The notes beneath the pieces are model-generated. The model was given only the letters and a program-made list of their open reading frames with translations. It did no database searches and had not been told where the DNA came from. 64,000 nt of DNA from a bacterium (GTDB taxonomy: Bacteria > Patescibacteriota > Patescibacteriia > JACPHY01), in the NCBI GenBank assembly GCA_030647005.1, contig JAUSKG010000034.1, positions 4,050-68,049 on the forward strand. Reading direction: 5' to 3'. Every line of letters begins with the position of its first letter. The stretch's first letter is position 1. The position numbers and the translations under genes were made by a program. This document shows positions 36,224-46,600 of this stretch, piece after piece.

Positions 36224-38893
36224 CTACGGCACGAGCGCGGCAATAACTTTGAGGGGTGCGAGGATGCCGAGCGGTGATGCGGGTGCGTGCTGCTCGCCAG
36301 CGTTTGGTCCTGGACCGGGACCGCCAGCCGGGCCGCGTGCATCCGGTGCATCGAATGAACGCGGGGGCTCGGGGCGACTTCCGTCCCCGCGGCCCTCGAT
36401 GAACCGCTCGAACGGAACCTCGCGGCGCATCTCGACGGGCTGCTGCGGTTCCGATGGACGGAATCCCCGGAGGTCGTCCTTTCGCATACGCGGTTCCGGC
36501 GGGGCGACGAACGAATCAAACTTTTGCGGCTCATCGCCGACGGGTCTCGCCGGAACGGCTGTCTCCACGTCGTGACGCGGTTCCGGTGGGGGGCTCGCGT
36601 CGCCCTCACCCTGTGGTCGGAAGAGCATCGGCTTCCCGTTCGGTCCCATGAGCGGTTGTCCATCAGACCCAACCCCATTGGGACGGAAATCGTTGCCGAA
36701 ACTCGGCCGCCCATCGGGCGTGAACGGCAGGTACGGACGCGACGGATCGTGCGGCTGCTCGCCGGAGAGCTCCTCACGCTTCTCCTCGATGAGCGCGCGG
36801 AATCGCTCCGATGCACCTGGCGACGGCGGGGAAGTGGGGTCCGTACCAAACTGCTCGGGCATGCGCCCCTCGCGGCGAAACTCGGCTTCGAGAGCGCCAT
36901 CGCGCTCCCGGAACTCGAATGGCGGTGCACCGTCGAGCGGCTTTGGTGCGCGATCAAACCCTGGCGTACCAAACGAACCCGGTGCAAACTCCGGCGGCAC
37001 GCCCTCGCCCTCAATCGCGCGGTGGAAATCCTCCCGACGGCGCTTGAACTCCTCCATGGCCTCGGGCGGGAGTCCCATGTCTTCCGGAATATCCCCCTCC
37101 GTACCCTCGAACGCCTCTCGCATCTTCACTTCGAGTTCCATCCGTCGCTCCGCACCCTTCCGCATGAGCTCCTCGCGCTGCTCGCCGATCCTCATGAAGA
37201 ACGATGGATCGCCTGCCTCGAACTGCTGTTTGAGATTCGGGTCAAGCTCAATGGCCTCCTTGATGTGCCCGAGGATCTCGGGATTCTCGAGGTCGTTGAG
37301 GTGCTCCTGGAATCGCTGACGCTGCACCGCGATGGCGCGGTCAATGCCGAGTCCGGGAACGCCGCGCGCACGCAACCCCTCCAGTACTTCGAGCGACTGC
37401 GGGGCGCTCGTGTCCACGAACCGATCGAGGAACTGCTCACCGCCCTCGCGGAACTGACGCTCAAACTGCGCCGTGCCCTCGCGCTCCAATCCCTGGACGA
37501 ACGCGCGCTGCTCCGGCGTGAGTTTCTCCTCCAGTTTCTGCAGCAGGATGAAATCCGTGGGCTCCGGATTCTCGCGGAGCTTCCGCATGAGCTGCTGCGC
37601 TTCACCGGCGACCGCCTCTGCCGCTTCACCCGTTGCGGTCGTCGTACCGGCGAATTGCGCTTTGAACTTTTCGATGGATGTATCTTCACGCCGCTCGATC
37701 TCCGCGCGCACCTCCGGCGGCACGAAATGCTTGAACTGCTCAGCGACACGCACGGCTGTCGTGTCACCCTCCTCGAACCTGCGGAGGAGGTGCTCGCGCG
37801 CACCCTCGCTCGCTCCGGAGAACTCCGTGTTGAACTTCTCCACGGCCTTCGCCTTCATCGCGTCAATCTGTTTGAGGAATGCCGGCGGGAGGTCTCGCGT
37901 CGTGCGCACGTCGTCGAGAATCTCGAAGTGCCGCACCGCATCGCCGGACAAATGTTCAACGTAGTTGCCGAAGCGTTCAGGATCCTCCTCGATCTGCTCA
38001 GCCATGCGGGACACCGCGTGCTCCTGCGCCGCGCGGATGGCCTCGCGGGCCTGCTCCGGCACCTGCTGCTCGAGTTGCTTGAGGACCTCGACGCTCTTGA
38101 AGTTCCTGAACTCGCCACCACGCTGGTTCTCGAGCGCGCGCTCGAATCGCCCGCGGAGGAGCGAGGGATCATCAACGCCGCCCATGACACCTCCCACGTG
38201 CTCGAGGATACCATCGCGACGCTCGGCGATCTGCGCACGGAACTCCTCCGGCGCGTACTCGGCAATGCGCTCCATCGCCTTCTGCTGCGTGAACGAGGTA
38301 TTCGCGACGCGATCGAGGAACCGCTCCACCGCTTCCGGATCGCGATCCTTCCGCTCGCGGAGCTGCTGTGCATCTGCCGCGATCTCCCGCATCCCATCCT
38401 GCGCCTGACGCATGGCACGCTCCACGTCAGCGAACGCACCTGCGTCGCCGCCGCGATCTTCCGCGAGCTTCTGCGCGTCCGCGAGCTCCTGGTTGGCGTA
38501 CTGAAACTTGCGCTCGGCCTTCTTGACCGGATTGAACGTCATCGCGGTCCGAAACCCGCGCCAGAGCCGCTTTGATGCATAGAGCGGGCTGTCCTGGAGC
38601 ACGCGCGCATCCGTAGCACCGAGGTCTGCCGCGCTGACCTCGGCATCGCTCGTCACCGCTTCGGGAATGTCCGCAGTCGCCGCCTCCTCGAGTGCGGCAT
38701 CAACGGCGGCCTCGACCGCTGCGCTCTCATCCGCCGTCTCCGCCGCCGGAGCATCCGGCTCCTGTGCGTGCGCAGGCGGAGCAACCACCGTCAGGCCAAT
38801 AAAAAACGCTACGGCGAGCGTCGTAGCGAAAACGAGGAGCGCGCCCGAACTCGTGTGGAGGCCGCCTGCGTATACGTCGCGAGTTCCCTGCAT
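36224..38893 (-). CDS. Secreted DUF5667-domain protein, long helical body and Pro/Gly-rich tail
   Basis: Signal peptide; LQDSPLYASKRLWRGFRTAMTFNPVKKAE..YANQELADA. Confidence 0.8.
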   Translation of the reverse strand: MQGTRDVYAGGLHTSSGALLVFATTLAVAFFIGLTVVAPPAHAQEPDAPAAETADESAAVEAAVDAALEEAATADIPEAVTSDAEVSAADLGATDARVLQDSPLYASKRLWRGFRTAMTFNPVKKAERKFQYANQELADAQKLAEDRGGDAGAFADVERAMRQAQDGMREIAADAQQLRERKDRDPEAVERFLDRVANTSFTQQKAMERIAEYAPEEFRAQIAERRDGILEHVGGVMGGVDDPSLLRGRFERALENQRGGEFRNFKSVEVLKQLEQQVPEQAREAIRAAQEHAVSRMAEQIEEDPERFGNYVEHLSGDAVRHFEILDDVRTTRDLPPAFLKQIDAMKAKAVEKFNTEFSGASEGAREHLLRRFEEGDTTAVRVAEQFKHFVPPEVRAEIERREDTSIEKFKAQFAGTTTATGEAAEAVAGEAQQLMRKLRENPEPTDFILLQKLEEKLTPEQRAFVQGLEREGTAQFERQFREGGEQFLDRFVDTSAPQSLEVLEGLRARGVPGLGIDRAIAVQRQRFQEHLNDLENPEILGHIKEAIELDPNLKQQFEAGDPSFFMRIGEQREELMRKGAERRMELEVKMREAFEGTEGDIPEDMGLPPEAMEEFKRRREDFHRAIEGEGVPPEFAPGSFGTPGFDRAPKPLDGAPPFEFRERDGALEAEFRREGRMPEQFGTDPTSPPSPGASERFRALIEEKREELSGEQPHDPSRPYLPFTPDGRPSFGNDFRPNGVGSDGQPLMGPNGKPMLFRPQGEGDASPPPEPRHDVETAVPARPVGDEPQKFDSFVAPPEPRMRKDDLRGFRPSEPQQPVEMRREVPFERFIEGRGDGSRPEPPRSFDAPDARGPAGGPGPGPNAGEQHAPASPLGILAPLKVIAALVP

Positions 38894-39029
38894 AGATGTG
38901 GTCGCCGGGACGATCGCGCGGTGCGCTATCCCCAGGCAGTGATGTTTGTCTTTCCTCTAGTATACCACACTTTCCCCGTCAAGACGAAGAACATGAAGAG
39001 CGGACTCCGTGAGGAGTCCGCTCGAATCG

Positions 39030-39404
39030 TCATGCATTGCTCGGCGTGGGCGGTGCGCGCAACGCTGCGAGCTCGCACGCACGCCTCAGGCGCGGTGCCT
39101 CATCAAACCCGAAGAACCGCGTGTGGGGGTGCCGCGCCACGAGCGCGCTGAGAATCCGCTGCTCGTCGCTCACGAGCCGCGAGATAGCGACTGCGGCACG
39201 ACGATCGTAGTCGTTGCACTCGGCGATGCGCTTGCGCATACGACAGCGGCGCAGTGCGGGCAGCAGGCGTACGAAATCCTCGCTGAACCACGTCGCGATC
39301 TCGTCCTCCGTCACCGCGCCGGCGAGATCGAACAGTCGCTCGAGCACCGCTTCTTCCACTTCGGTGAGCGGGGGGTCATCCCGCGTCGTTGCACTCTGGA
39401 ACAT
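39030..39404 (-). CDS. Hypothetical protein
   Basis: GGAGG RBS; hairpin at 38998-39023 downstream. Confidence 0.6.
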   Translation of the reverse strand: MFQSATTRDDPPLTEVEEAVLERLFDLAGAVTEDEIATWFSEDFVRLLPALRRCRMRKRIAECNDYDRRAAVAISRLVSDEQRILSALVARHPHTRFFGFDEAPRLRRACELAALRAPPTPSNA

Positions 39405-39453
39405 GGTCCACCTCCCTCTGGAAAGGACAGCCCCGTCTCCTCAGAGCGTACTC

Positions 39454-39705
39454 CTACCCGTTCCCGATCGGGAGTGTGGAGAAGTAGCCGAGATCGAAGA
39501 ATAGCTCGATGAACGGCGCGCAGAGGAGCAGCGCGAGCATGGCGATGATACCGACCGCGTTGACCGCGATGATCGGAGCGATCACCAGGAAGAGGAACCG
39601 CTCGGGCCCATCCTCTTTTGACCAGTACCGCCGCACCCAGTAGATCTCCCACGCTACCAGTGCCCACACCCATGTGAAGATACCAAACATCGCAAACCAC
39701 GACAT
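39454..39705 (-). CDS. Small 2-TM hypothetical protein
   Basis: GGAGG RBS, TTGACA-17-TACGGT promoter (39755-39783). Confidence 0.65.
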   Translation of the reverse strand: MSWFAMFGIFTWVWALVAWEIYWVRRYWSKEDGPERFLFLVIAPIIAVNAVGIIAMLALLLCAPFIELFFDLGYFSTLPIGNG

Positions 39706-39817
39706 GGTGCCTCCCTTGTTCCTCAGGGAACCTGCGGTAAAGTCCGCAGTGTCAACCGTAGCACATCACACGCGCGGTGTCAATCGTTGCGGCATTGCGA
39801 GGGAGTCCACGATTCTC

Positions 39818-40070
39818 TGTCATTGCGAGGAGTCCGCGACGTGGCAATTCCGGTCATACCAGCACAAAGGTGAAAGCCGGGTGCACTGCATGACCGGGAT
39901 TGCTTCGATCGGGGACTCCTCGCAATGACAGCGATGGAGTGCCATGTTCCTTTCATTGCGAGGAACGAGTCCGCGAGTGACGCGGCAATCCCGGCCATGC
40001 CGTGTACAAGGTGAAAGCCGGGTGCACTGCATGACCGGGATTTCCACGTCGCGGACTCCTCGCAATGACA
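39818..40070. mobile_element. Two tandem family A elements
   Basis: 39818-39930 and 39952-40070, shared spacer CAAGGTGAAAGCCGGGTGCACTGC-like. Confidence 0.88.
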
Positions 40071-40074
40071 GCGC

Positions 40075-40539
40075 TCACCGAATGCGCAGCGTGGCTTTCA
40101 GCGATTGGAGCCGCGCGTAGAACCCGCTCGTGTGGATGGAATCCAGGCCGAGGCGCACGCTGTCGTAGTGGTGGACCCACTCGTGGAGGAGCGTGTCGAG
40201 GAACGTCTTTGCCGCGAGGAGCTGGCCGCGCACGGCGGTACGATTGGTGATGTATACGTAGCGCGTTGCCGGTTTGTAGTACCCGTACTGCTTGAACACC
40301 GTCCGCCCGCCGCGCTTCTTGTGGTACTGGTGCGCGTCGGATATCGTCACGCGGGCGATGATGTCCATCGCCGCCCCGTCGCACAGCGCGTCGCACAGCT
40401 CTTGTGCGACGCGCTGCCGATGTTCGGTCTCCAGAGGTCCCGTGAGGATCTGCTTCGCGAGTGCGCGCGCCTCCCGTGATGCGCGGAAGTCCACCTCCCG
40501 AATCCGATTGCTCGCCACGTAGTTGCGCTGAGACGCCAT
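40075..40539 (-). CDS. SprT-like HExxH zinc metalloprotein
   Basis: YGYY..IYI-like strand, TFLDTLLHEWVHH..HTSGFY. Confidence 0.8.
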   Translation of the reverse strand: MASQRNYVASNRIREVDFRASREARALAKQILTGPLETEHRQRVAQELCDALCDGAAMDIIARVTISDAHQYHKKRGGRTVFKQYGYYKPATRYVYITNRTAVRGQLLAAKTFLDTLLHEWVHHYDSVRLGLDSIHTSGFYARLQSLKATLRIR

Positions 40540-40547
40540 ACTCACGC

Positions 40548-40649
40548 GGGCGGGTATAAAACCCGCCCCTACGCCGTTACTTCGGAGGGGAGGAGTTCAT
40601 TCCATCGTCGCGTTATGCGTCTCCGTAGGGGAGGGGTTTACCCCCTCCC
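40548..40649. repeat. Two GTAG-type REPs (family C); the second lies within the giant gene's 3' end
   Basis: GGGCGGGTATAAAACCCGCCCCTAC (40548-40572); GTAGGGGAGGGGTTTACCCCCTCCC (40625-40649). Confidence 0.8.
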
Positions 40650-43600
40650 ATCCGGGCTCCCCCTGAAGCTGGCGCGGGAGCGTCAAAGAACGCGCGATGT
40701 CGGCCCATGCGGATGGGATGATGGCGGTGATGCCGACTGATTCCGGTGCGTCTGCGACCGCTACGACATCCGTCTCGCGGGCATCGGAGGTTTTGGGGGA
40801 TGACGGCTCCACGATGATCTGCACGGTGTCCGCCGCTGATGCGCCACCGTTGTCCACGACTTCGAGGATGACGGACGTCGTTCCAATCGGCGCGGCGTAC
40901 TCCAGCTGCGCGCCGGAGCCGATGTACTCCCGACCGACGCGCCAGCGCAAGCGCGCGATGGACCCGTCTGCATCACGCGAGCGCGATCCATCGAGGGTGA
41001 CGGTGACCACTCCGTCGCCATCGTCATCGCGCACGGTTTGATCTTCGCCCGCGTGTGCAACCGGCATCGTATTGAGCCCAACCATGCTGCGCCAGGCACT
41101 CAGCACCGCGCGGTTGTTCAGCTCATCGAGCTCCGCGATGGCATCGTTCGGGTCAACGGTGAGCTCGAGGATCGCCGCGCCTTCCGGTGGGGTGGTCGCG
41201 TAGACGCCGAGCGGCCGCGGGAGGCCGACGGTGTCCGGAATCGCGGACGTCATCTGGAACCGCCAGTCCGGTTCGAGGGCATCCTGCGTGCGCAGGTAGT
41301 GCTGCCCAAGCGGCAGCCCGCTCCCACCCCGCCACTGGAGCCGCCAGGTGAACGCGGGACTGATCACACCACCGCGATTCGTGAGGATGATGCGGAGCGC
41401 GCCGCTCTCGTCCACGCTGAGGTCGAGGATGGCAAGATCCACCGGACGATCCGGCTCGAACACCGCGAGCGTCGTGCGGGCCTGTGCCTCCCGCCCGTCG
41501 GCATCGCGTACCTGCACGGTGGCGGCAATGAGCCCGCCGGCATCGAACCGACGCTGGATGGTCGGCGAAGCACCAACGACGCCGTCTGCAAAACGCCAGG
41601 AGACCGTGTACGGCTTGCGACCGCCGGTGATCGCCGCGTGGTAGGTTGCGGAGAGCGGCGCGGGACCGGATGCCGGATCAACCGTCGCCGTCACCGCGAG
41701 CGGCGCGACGCGCACCACCGGCGTGCGCTCCGCGACTGGCGCGATATCCGGTGTGATGACTCCTGCCTCCTTCGGGCTGCTCGGTTCCTCAGGCACATCC
41801 GTCACCAGCTCGGGCTCGTCAACGATGGTCGGCTCGCGTGGAGGCACTGCGGGTTCCGGTATGCGACCCTCGGCCTCCTCGGGAATGGTGATCGTGACGT
41901 CATTGTCGGACTCGTTCACCTCAACAATTGCGTTTGGCCCATCCACGGTGATGAGGAGCTCCACCGCCCCGCTCGGCACGGTGCGCAGGAATTGCGGGAA
42001 GGTCTGCCCCGCGCCGCTCCCACGGTGCGGGAAGAACGTCGCGCCGAGGTCACCTGCGAAGGTAATCGTCTGTGGATCTCCGGGCGCGAACGCTTGCGCG
42101 GGCGCATCGTGCCAGAACCGCACCGCACCTACGGACAGCCCAAGCGTGTCGGTCCAGGTGAACCAGTACGACAACGGTACGCCGATGTCACCGATTGCCG
42201 CGCCATCGTTCACGACCGTGACGGTGACGGCGCGGGCGTCGTCCGCATACGTCGCGGACACGGCGCGAAGGTTGGGGAGCGGCGGCTGCTCCGCCTGCAC
42301 ACTCGCCACCGGAACCGGGAGCGTCGCGACGTTGTTGAGCTCATGCTGCTCGGCAATGCGACCATCACCGTCCGCGACGATGCGCAGGTGTGTGGCGCCC
42401 GCTGGCGGGTGCGCGAGGAATACCGCGAGATTCTCCGTCCGATGTCGCGTGAAGATGAGGAGGAACCGCTCGCGGTAGGTGACGGAGAGTAGGCCGGTCC
42501 CGAGCGACTTCGCATCGCCTGCGGCGAGCGCGTGGAGGGTGAGTGTACGCACCGCACCAAGAGGAACCACACGGTCATCCACCCACGCGAGCTGGAGCGT
42601 GGACGACGGTGCCTCCGCGTCCCCGTCATTGCGCACGACGAACGCGAGCGTACCATCTTCCTCCCACGCTGCGGAGGACAGCAGGAGGTCCGGGAGTGCG
42701 GCCGCACCTACCTGCGTCGCGCCAGTGAGCGCACCGAGTATCGTGCCGACGGTATCCCGCGCGCGCGATGCGATGCGCGTCGCCGTCTCCGCGGGCAGAC
42801 GCGCAATCGTGAGGGTCACCTGTTTGCAGTTGTTCGACTCATCGGACTCCGCGATCTCCTTATTGACATCTATGCACACCTCGAACGCGTGGTTGCCGGA
42901 CGTGGCCTCCCAAGCGTCGGCCCACGTGATGGTTCCTTCCGCCGCCTTCGCGAGCGTCGGGAGTGCCTCCGTGGACGGGAAGGCATCCGGAACACCGTCA
43001 TTGTTCAAATCCACAACCAACCACGCAGTCGTCGCCGCAACATCCGCCGATCCGCTATTCCGGATCGTCGCCGTAAACGACACCGCCTGCCCGGTCATCG
43101 GCACGGCAGGTGACGCAACGACACGCACCATCACGAGGTCCGGCCCGATGGTGACCGGTTCTGGTTCGGGTTCCGGCTCGGGTTCTGGTTCCGGTTCCGG
43201 CTCTGGTGCCACGACCGGGCGCGTGAGCACGCGGGCATTATTCTGCTCGTTGGCTTCTGTCACCGCGTCCTTCGGATCCACCACGATGCGCAACTGCATC
43301 GCGTGCACGGGAGGCGCGGCGATGAAGTTTGCGTAGTATCCGGTCCAACCAATGGTCCCCAGGTCTTTCGCCGCGCCGCGGGAGAGCCCCATGAAGTCCC
43401 GCGTCTCTTCCGCAAGAACGGTGCCATCACGATCGAGCCATGCAATCGTCGCACTCGTACCCACCGTGCGCACGGCACCGTCATTACGCACGACGAGTCG
43501 TAGTCCCGCATCCGTCAGTGCGGCATCGGCAATGGCGAGATCGGCGACCCCGAGCGGCCATCGGTCCGACGTAAGACGATTGTTGTCTTCGCGCTCCTCT

Positions 43601-46600
43601 GCGATCCGGTTGTCCGGGTCCACGATGAGCTCGATACCTGCGGCACCTGTTGGCGGATCGAGCACGTACTCACCAAACGGCCGCGGTGTCCCCGTCCGAT
43701 CACCGACGTCGCTCATCATGGCGTAGAAGCTCCCCGCGCGCTGCGCATCGTGCGGCTGGCGGTACGGTGGTACAGCAATGCGCGCACCGGAGGCGTCCAA
43801 CCACGCGAGCTCCCACGTGTACGCCGGCGCGGGAACTGTTCCCTCCACTTGCATGTTCACGATGAGTCGCTCGTCGTCGGTCACGCTGATGAGATTCGCC
43901 TTGAGATCCGACAGCGGCGCACCGGCAAAGGGAACATCGAAGGTATTGTTCGATTCGTCCGCTTCCGTCAGCTTGCCCGCCGGATCAACCGTAAACCGAA
44001 TCTGCGTTGCACCCGCGGGCGGGTCCTTGAAGAACTGCACCTCGGGGCCGTAGCCGGAGTCCTTGTACGCGAAGAGGAGCTGGTAGCGGTGGAGAAACTG
44101 CTTCTGGAGACCGTCACCGCGACCGATGTACGGCGCGCCAAGGAGCGTACCGGAAGCATCGGCCCACTGCATAGACCAGAAGAACACGGGTGATGCAATC
44201 TCGCCGACGTTGCGGACATCGAGTCCATAGATATCACCGTCGGCATTCGTGAAGAGCTTGGGGACACCGGTGATCGTGAGATCCGGCAGCGCGCTCCGGT
44301 CCGGACGATCGAAGGTCACGCGGTTGTTCTCCTCGTTCTTCTCCGCGATTGCATGATCCGGATCCATCGTCACGCGGAGCGTGCGCGCCGCATCCGGCGG
44401 CGATGCGAGCAGCTCGCCCGCGCGACCCACACCGCGTTCGATGATGATCGAACGGCCACTGCGCGAGGAGAGCTGCGGCCCGTCCACGCGGACCGACGCG
44501 CCCACGACCGTGCCTTCCGCATCGAGCCACGCGAACTCCCACACGAATGCCTGGACGTCCTGCTTCCCCTTGTTCCAGAGCGTCGCCGAGAAGCTGTCCA
44601 TGCCCAGCGCAGGTTCGCCGAACTCGAGATCGGGCTGCTGCACGATGACGAGTGCCGCGCGCGCGGTGTTATTCTGCTCATCGTGCTCGCGGAGCACATG
44701 CTCAGGATCAGCGGTGATCTCCAGCCCGCTCGCGTTCGCTGGCGGATCGGCGAGGAGGCCCGCCAAGGGTGTCTGCTCCTGTGCGAGACCGGTCGCGGTC
44801 CACAGAGGTGACGTGAGCGTGGTGGTTGCTGCGGTGAACGTCCGCGATGCACCAGATGCGAGCGCGGCGGTGTCCAACCAGTACCGACCGTACGAACCGG
44901 CAAAGTGCACTGCGATGCGGATGCGTCCCTCACGATCTCCGGCGGGCGCGTCGCCGACATTCGTCACCGTGAACGTCGCGCCGTCGCGCGTGACGGCAAC
45001 GTCGCGCACAACGAGGTCTGCGAGTTTCCGTCGCGCAGCAACGTCCGCGCTGTTGTTCTCCTCCGAGGACTCCGCGATGGCATTGCCCGCATCAATCGTC
45101 ACGCGGAGTGCCGCAGCCCCCGTCGGCGACAACGCGAGCGAGCGCTCATCGTACCCGTACCCGTCGTAGCGCAAGGTGCGAACTTCGGTGGCCCCGGGGC
45201 TGAGGAAGCCCGTCCCGCGGGTGACGGTCGGCGTGCCGAGTACCCCGCCGGCGGCATCCACCCACTGGAGCGTGAGCGTGGCGGGCGTGGCGCGCGCTGC
45301 ACCACGATTTGCGATGGTGATACGGAACGTGTCGCCGCTCGCCTCGATGCCGGTTGCTGCGGCAACGAGCTGGAGGTCCGGCAGCGGGAGCGGCAGGGTG
45401 ACGATGTTGTGCTCCTCATCCCGCTCGGGAATTGCATCCGTCACATCTGCCGTGATGCGGAGTGCGGTTGCGGTGCTCGGTCGCTGCTGGAGGAACTGCG
45501 CGAGCGATTGGCTCGATGGTTGGGGACGATGATTGGCGTAGGCGAAGGAGAGCATCGTATCGGCCGCGCTCATGCGCGCGGATGTTCCAGGTGCAATGGG
45601 GAGCATCGTGAGGACGCGCTCGCCGCCGGGAATGGGAGTGCCGCTGCCGTCCAGCCAGAGGAGGCCGACGGAGACATCACCGCCCGTGATGCCCGGCCCA
45701 TCGTTCACCACCGCGAACGTGAGCGATGCATCCACGAGGTGCGCGTCCGCAATGCGGAGATCGGCGCGCGGACGTTCGAGGAGCACCGCGTTGTTCCCGT
45801 CGTTCGTCTCGCGAATCACATGGTCCGGATCGAGCGTGAGGTGGAGGTGCGTCGCATCGCGCGGTGGCATCCGGAGCACCTCGGTGAGGGCGATCGTCGA
45901 GACCTGCGTGCGACCCCACCACCCGCCCCGGAACTCGTACGACACCTGCACATCACGCGCATGGAGTGTGATGCGTCCACCCGCGACGATCGGCGCGAGG
46001 TCCACGAAGTAGCGCTGGCCCGTCGCCTGCCGATCTGCCGTGCGCCACACGATGTCCGCGCGCACGCGCGCGCCATCCGTTGCGCCTGCGCCGTCATTCT
46101 GCACGGTGAAGACGAGATCGTCCGCGGTGAGCGATGCACCCACGATGGTGAGGTCTGCGAGTGCGGATGGTTGCGGCGGGGGCGGCGGGAGCGCGGGTGC
46201 GTCGAGCACCGCGATGTTGTTCAACTCATCGGACTCGTCGAGCGTCCCTGCGCTGTCGAGTGCGACCCGAAGGAATGCCGCGCCATCCGGTCGGTCGGTG
46301 AGGAACGCGGCGAGCGACTGTGTCTCCATGCTCCGGAGCAGACCGCTCCGGTAGGATACCGTGGACGTTGCCGAAGAGATGCCGGTCGTCGCACCGGCAT
46401 CGAGTGCGGGGTACGCGATGGAGCGTGGGGAACCGAGCGGTTGGCGTTCCCCGTCCAACCACTGGAATGCGACGTGGAATGCACTCCCGATGCGCGTCGT
46501 GCCGATGTTGGAGACCCGTGCCGCAAACGCACCGGCATCACCGCCGACAAAACCCGCTTCCGTGATGGCGAGGTCGGGGAGCGGGAGGTGCACGACCGCC

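Noticed and set aside
39780-40065. Small ORFs with CHCEE/VIARS/RND peptides (also N-terminal extensions at 32912-32959, 63374-63463, 31392-31445)
   Set aside because: Translations of intergenic palindromic elements, not genes
39818-40070. CRISPR array
   Set aside because: Repeats are long inverted-arm elements with conserved interiors, not direct repeats with unique spacers; no cas genes
40582-40598. att-like copy of tRNA-Ser 3' end (CGGAGGGGAGG)
   Set aside because: Short imperfect match in GC-rich repeat context; likely chance
43157-43207. (PE)n repeat as a contingency locus
   Set aside because: In-frame with varied codons; ordinary linker
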